Positions 39,883-64,000 of a stretch of DNA of 64,000 bases are shown here, piece after piece. Both the position numbers and the translations under genes were made by a program. This DNA is from Octopus vulgaris (lineage: Eukaryota). Every line of letters begins with the position of its first letter. Position 1 is the first letter of the stretch. The stretch covers positions 24,862,001-24,926,000 of the forward strand of contig OX597838.1 in assembly GCA_951406725.2 (NCBI GenBank). The letters are read 5' to 3'. The notes under the pieces are model-generated. The model searched no databases and was not told the DNA's origin. It saw only the letters and a program-made list of their open reading frames with translations.

Positions 39883-42169
39883 GATGATGAAGGCAATAAA
39901 CTTCAAAGTCATTGGCAACCTTTTCCTGGTAAAAGTTTAACAAACAGGTGTACTCTTCTAGGGTATAGAGTAATTCTTTAGTTTAATGTTAAATTGTTTT
40001 ATATATATAACTTGAATTAAAAAAAGAAAACAAATATTAATATGTGTGTCTGTGTGTCTTTGATCTGTGTCTCTATACCACTTAACAAGTGGTGTTGGTT
40101 TGCTTGTGTCTCATGTAACTTAGCAATTCAGCAAAAGAAACTGACACACCTGACAAAAACAGATAAATTTATTTGGAATTTTTTCCTTTTTTTTCTTTAT
40201 ATCTTGAAATCTAAATAAATATCTCGTTGCAGACAGGAAAGGCGGTCTACAATTTTAAAAAGACATTTTAAAATGGGAGTTTGAAATAATTTACAGTAAG
40301 CAAGAATTAACGAAATCAATGAAGAAAACACACCCTGTTCTTATAAAAGATTACGAGATGGGTGGGGGGGAGATTTGTTTGATTAAAAGCTTCAAGGTGG
40401 TGCACCAGCATGGCCACAGTCCAATGACTGAAGTAATTAAAAGAATAAATTTATAGGAAAGATGGAAATGCTAAGCCCTATAAATTTCAGTCTATTTCAC
40501 AAACTGGTTACATTGCTAAATGGTCATCCAACTGGCTAACTAGAAATAGCAGTCAAATCTTTCTCAAATCAATTGCAACTGTCTTAGAATAAGAAAAGGA
40601 TATTTTAGATAACATGGATTCCATTAATAACACCAAAAGACCAGGTGATTGGCAAACTGGTAAATTTCTTTCCAAATTAAATTTACACACTGCAAAATAG
40701 GTAAAAAAAAAAGTGTGTGGGTGTGTGGGCAGTAAACAAAGCCTCTACTGTAGAGGTAGCCCTTTGGATTGATATATTCAGCTTTCGTGTGTGTGTGTGT
40801 GCATGCGGGTGTATGCTTTCAACCGTTAGTATTAGTTGTGTTTATGATAATAAAAGAAACACAAGTAACCCTTAAGATTCCTGTATTTGACTTTTGTACC
40901 TCTGTTTTTTTTTTTATTTTTACTTTTTTTTATTTGAAGGTTCAACCCTTTAGCACTTCAACTGGCCATATCTGACCAATATATTCTCCCTGTTTCATGT
41001 TGAAACTGGCCAGATCTAGTTTCATATACCAACTCCACAATGTCATTCTAAAAATTAAGTTACCTCAGCAAAATCTCAAAGCCTACAAGATAATGCAGGA
41101 TTAATTCAAAACAATGGGAATAAATAAGTATTACTTTCGACAGAGTAACCTGAATGCCAAAGGGTTTAACAGGCCATATTTGGCCTCTCACACCTACCCT
41201 AAAAGTTCATTCTAAAAGTATACAATCACATCATCAAAATCTCAAAGCTACAAGATAATTCATGATTAATTCAAAGTGGTGTGAATAAATAAGCATTACA
41301 TTTGACAGGGTAATATGAATGCTAAAGGGTTAATTCTTGGATTCTTACTCAACTCACTTCACATTCATTTCACCTCCGTTTTCCACTAGTCGTTAATAGA
41401 CTCAAGAAAAGGAGAAGAATGGCTGTACTAGGCTCACTTTTCCCACATCACATGAAGACTATACTGTTAATGGTAAACCAATGACTCATGAGGAAACCAC
41501 AGCATCATTTTCATTGTTGTCTAACGTCTCTTTTTTTACCATACTGGCATGGATTGGACGGTTTGATATGAACTGATGAGCCAGAGAGCTTACTGTGAGC
41601 TACAGTATCTGCTTTGGGCATGGTTTCTACAGCTGGATGCCCTTCATAACACCAACCACTTCAAAGAGTGTACAAGGTACTTTTTTCCATGGCACCAACA
41701 CCAGTGGGGGTCACAAAAGATCGGCAAGACAAGACTCCACTTGTCTTGTCTATCTTTTGTGACCCCACTTGACTGAGTGTGGCATAGTATTGGAGAATAT
41801 AGAACCAGAACATTTTAACACAAACACACACACGTCCTAAGCTCATTTCTTCGCCAGATTAAATGAAGGTATTTAAGGTGAACACAGAAATCAATAGAAA
41901 CTATGTTGAGTTATGAGAAGGTTTTTTTGAACATTTTCCAAGTTTCTAGTTTTGCAGTATTACAAGATATCCTTAGTAAACAGACAGGTGAAGAACATTG
42001 TATGTTACCATTGTTATAGAGCTTCATTATCAAGTGGAATCTAAGTCGTTAATCTCTATTACAAAAGACAGATGGTCATCAGATTGTATTCCTAAAAAAA
42101 TTTTTTATTTTGAAATAAAAACATTTTGTTTGTGTAACATTTTTAAAGAATAGTGGCTTTTTGCACATG

Positions 42170-42200
<31 letters not shown>

Positions 42201-43034
42201 TAAACCAAAAAAAGTTGGATGATTTTTTTATAAATGAAAAAGTAAAAATAAAATCTTTTTAAATCACATTAACCCGTCTTTCTCACATATATATACACAC
42301 ACACTATCCATATGTATTTATATATATATATACATACATACACAAAAGAACAGTTGTCTTACACAGGGTTAGATATCTGTGTGTGTGTGTGTATATACAA
42401 ACATATGCATATACATATATATACATGTGAGTATATATATGTATACATACATACACACACACACATATATATAGATAAAAAAAACCAGTGCAGTTCACTG
42501 AGTTCGAAGAAAAATAATAAAATAAAAACGAAAACATAAGACAGACTTTGGTACTGCAGGCTGCTAGTTTGCTCAAAGTGATTTCAAAACACAACTTGAT
42601 TGTCCGACTAGAAGCCTGTTCCTGCTGATAGGCAGATAGCTAGGGTAAAGTGGAGACTGACAGATGGGTCAGCACGGCTGATTCCTTCCCTATTCACTGA
42701 CAGCCATGCACTGACATATGACAGCCATGCACTGACATATGACAGCTACACACTGCTCAATATCGCACGAAAAATATCTTTAAATACTTGCATTTGTGCA
42801 ATTACCACAGCAGACTATGATCGTAGAGCATGGAGGGCGACAGATAGGATAACAGGGTACAAGGAACTCTTTTTGTTGTCCTGGATGTTAAAAGGCATCA
42901 TTTAACGGATGAGGATGCAGCAGATGATCTTTGCTTCCCGAACAAAATGCTGACTGCGGCACCATGTATCACCATTGTCACAACTACAGCCATCACCTCC
43001 TACAGACATATGTATGCACACACATACGTGTGTG

Positions 43035-43045
43035 TATATACACAC

Positions 43046-43086
<41 letters not shown>

Positions 43087-43506
43087 TATACACATATATA
43101 TATACACATATATATATACACATATATATATACACATATATATATACACATATATATATACACATATATATATACACATATATATACATATATATACACA
43201 TATATATACACATATATATACACATATATATACACATATATATACATATATATATACACATATATATACACATATATACACATATATATATACACATATA
43301 TATACACATATATATACACATATACATGCATACATATATATATATACATACATATATACACATATATATATACATACATATACATGCATACATATATATA
43401 TATATACATACATATATATATATATACATACATACATATATATATACATATATATATATATACATACATATATATATATATACATACATATATATATACA
43501 TATATA
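43035..43506. repeat. Compound (TA)n/CA repeat with 12-14-bp period
   Basis: Repeated CACATATATATA(TA) units; explains the six-frame low-complexity ORFs here. Confidence 0.95.
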
Positions 43507-44479
43507 AAGTTGTGGCTTGATTCTCTGAAAGCTTGTCTTATCTACCCTCTGATAGCTCAGACGTGATGGTTTCCCAACTGGAGTGTTGATGAGAGGAAAA
43601 GGAGGCAAGGAATTAGGCAATCCTACCATGGCCACCGCCGCTAGAGCTACTGCGATCAGCACCACCACCACCACCATCACCAGCAAACAGACATGCTGCT
43701 CATGTGAAGATGAAACCATGCTAACTTATTTCTTAATAATTTTACAAAATATAAACCTCAGAACACTTGGACAATAATTTGGTGACAGGAGGTTCTCAGA
43801 ATGGTTAACCTGACATTGCTAGACTAATGGAGAGGAGGAGACGTAAACGTTTCGAAACGTTTTAATCTGTCATAGCAACATGCTTTTAAAAATAATATAA
43901 TTCTTAAAAGCTACCAGGGAGAACTGGTGGGGGGGGGGAGGGGGAGAAAAGAACCCAACAAGAAAAATAAATAAATCCACCCTTATTCAGGATGAGGGTG
44001 GGAGTGATGGTTGTGAGATAAAGAGGGATGAAATAAACCCAACTGGAAGAAAAAAAGGGTGGGGAGAGAAAAAAACTGGTTCAAACAATTTCGTGGTAAA
44101 AATTTGAATTTGCAGAACTATTTAACTTATGCAAACATGATAGAAACACACGTAGACGCATAAAAAGTGATAGAGGTGGGGAAGGTTACATGATATCAAG
44201 GGAATAATATGGTAAAAAAAAAAAAAAAAAAATGGACATTGTGGTTTCATGTGAAAATTTTGGCTTTTTTGTTTGGTTTTCGCCATATATTACAAGATAT
44301 TTATTTTGAAAAAAATTTATTAACCATTTTGTTTTTAAAAACATATATGCATGTGTATATGTGTGTATACATTGTATTTATCTATTTATAATTATATATA
44401 TATCTAACTATGTGTATATATTGTATTACATATATATACACACACATACTTACACATACATACACACTTGAAAAATTAT

Positions 44480-44485
44480 TTTATT
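44480..44485 (-). promoter_or_regulatory. Candidate proximal polyadenylation signal (AATAAA) for LIMK
   Basis: AATAAA on minus about 170 nt after the stop; the hexamer is common by chance in AT-rich DNA. Confidence 0.25.
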
Positions 44486-44657
44486 TAAAGAAAACAAAAC
44501 AAAATCCCACCACGCCTGCCGCTTATGATTAGCTCTCTCCTCTTCATTTTAATATGCAAATTTTTTGGAATGTTGTCTTCAAAAATGACAAATGTCATTG
44601 GTTGGTCCTCGGGCGTAAGGAATAAAAACAAAACAAAACAAATGTCTGTTATTAGTG

Positions 44658-63956
<19,299 letters not shown>

Positions 63957-64000
63957 CTGAGGGGTTAGAATATAAGAGTGTGAGGAGGAGGAGAGAAAGA

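Noticed and set aside
42902-43719. Long ORFs in all six frames (158-239 aa, YI/HT/CV repeats)
   Set aside because: Products of the stop-free TA/CA compound microsatellite.
43845-43862. 18-bp perfect palindrome AAACGTTTCGAAACGTTT
   Set aside because: Short, single, no upstream hammerhead core; no function can be supported.

Overview
Eukaryotic, AT-rich, repeat-dense genomic DNA; the SINE/LINE repertoire and microsatellite density suggest an octopus (coleoid cephalopod) genome (inference). The right third holds 12 coding exons of a LIM kinase gene on the minus strand (63956 to stop at 44658). All introns are GT-AG with consistent phases, giving 715 aa in the window: end of LIM2, PDZ, S/P linker, kinase domain and a long Ser/Thr-rich tail. 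The gene's 5' end lies beyond the window. The rest is mobile DNA: a nearly intact 5'-truncated CR1-clade LINE, RTE LINE fragments, several tRNA-derived SINE families, piggyBac-type TTAA MITEs, mariner/pogo remnants and long microsatellites. The most unusual signal is a set of short elements next to (TA)n tracts that carry minimal type I hammerhead ribozyme motifs of the kind known from Penelope-like elements. One is a 280-bp near-perfect palindrome with two back-to-back hammerheads; other long palindromes sit in the same kind of TA context. Repeat boundaries are approximate; exon boundaries were read base by base.
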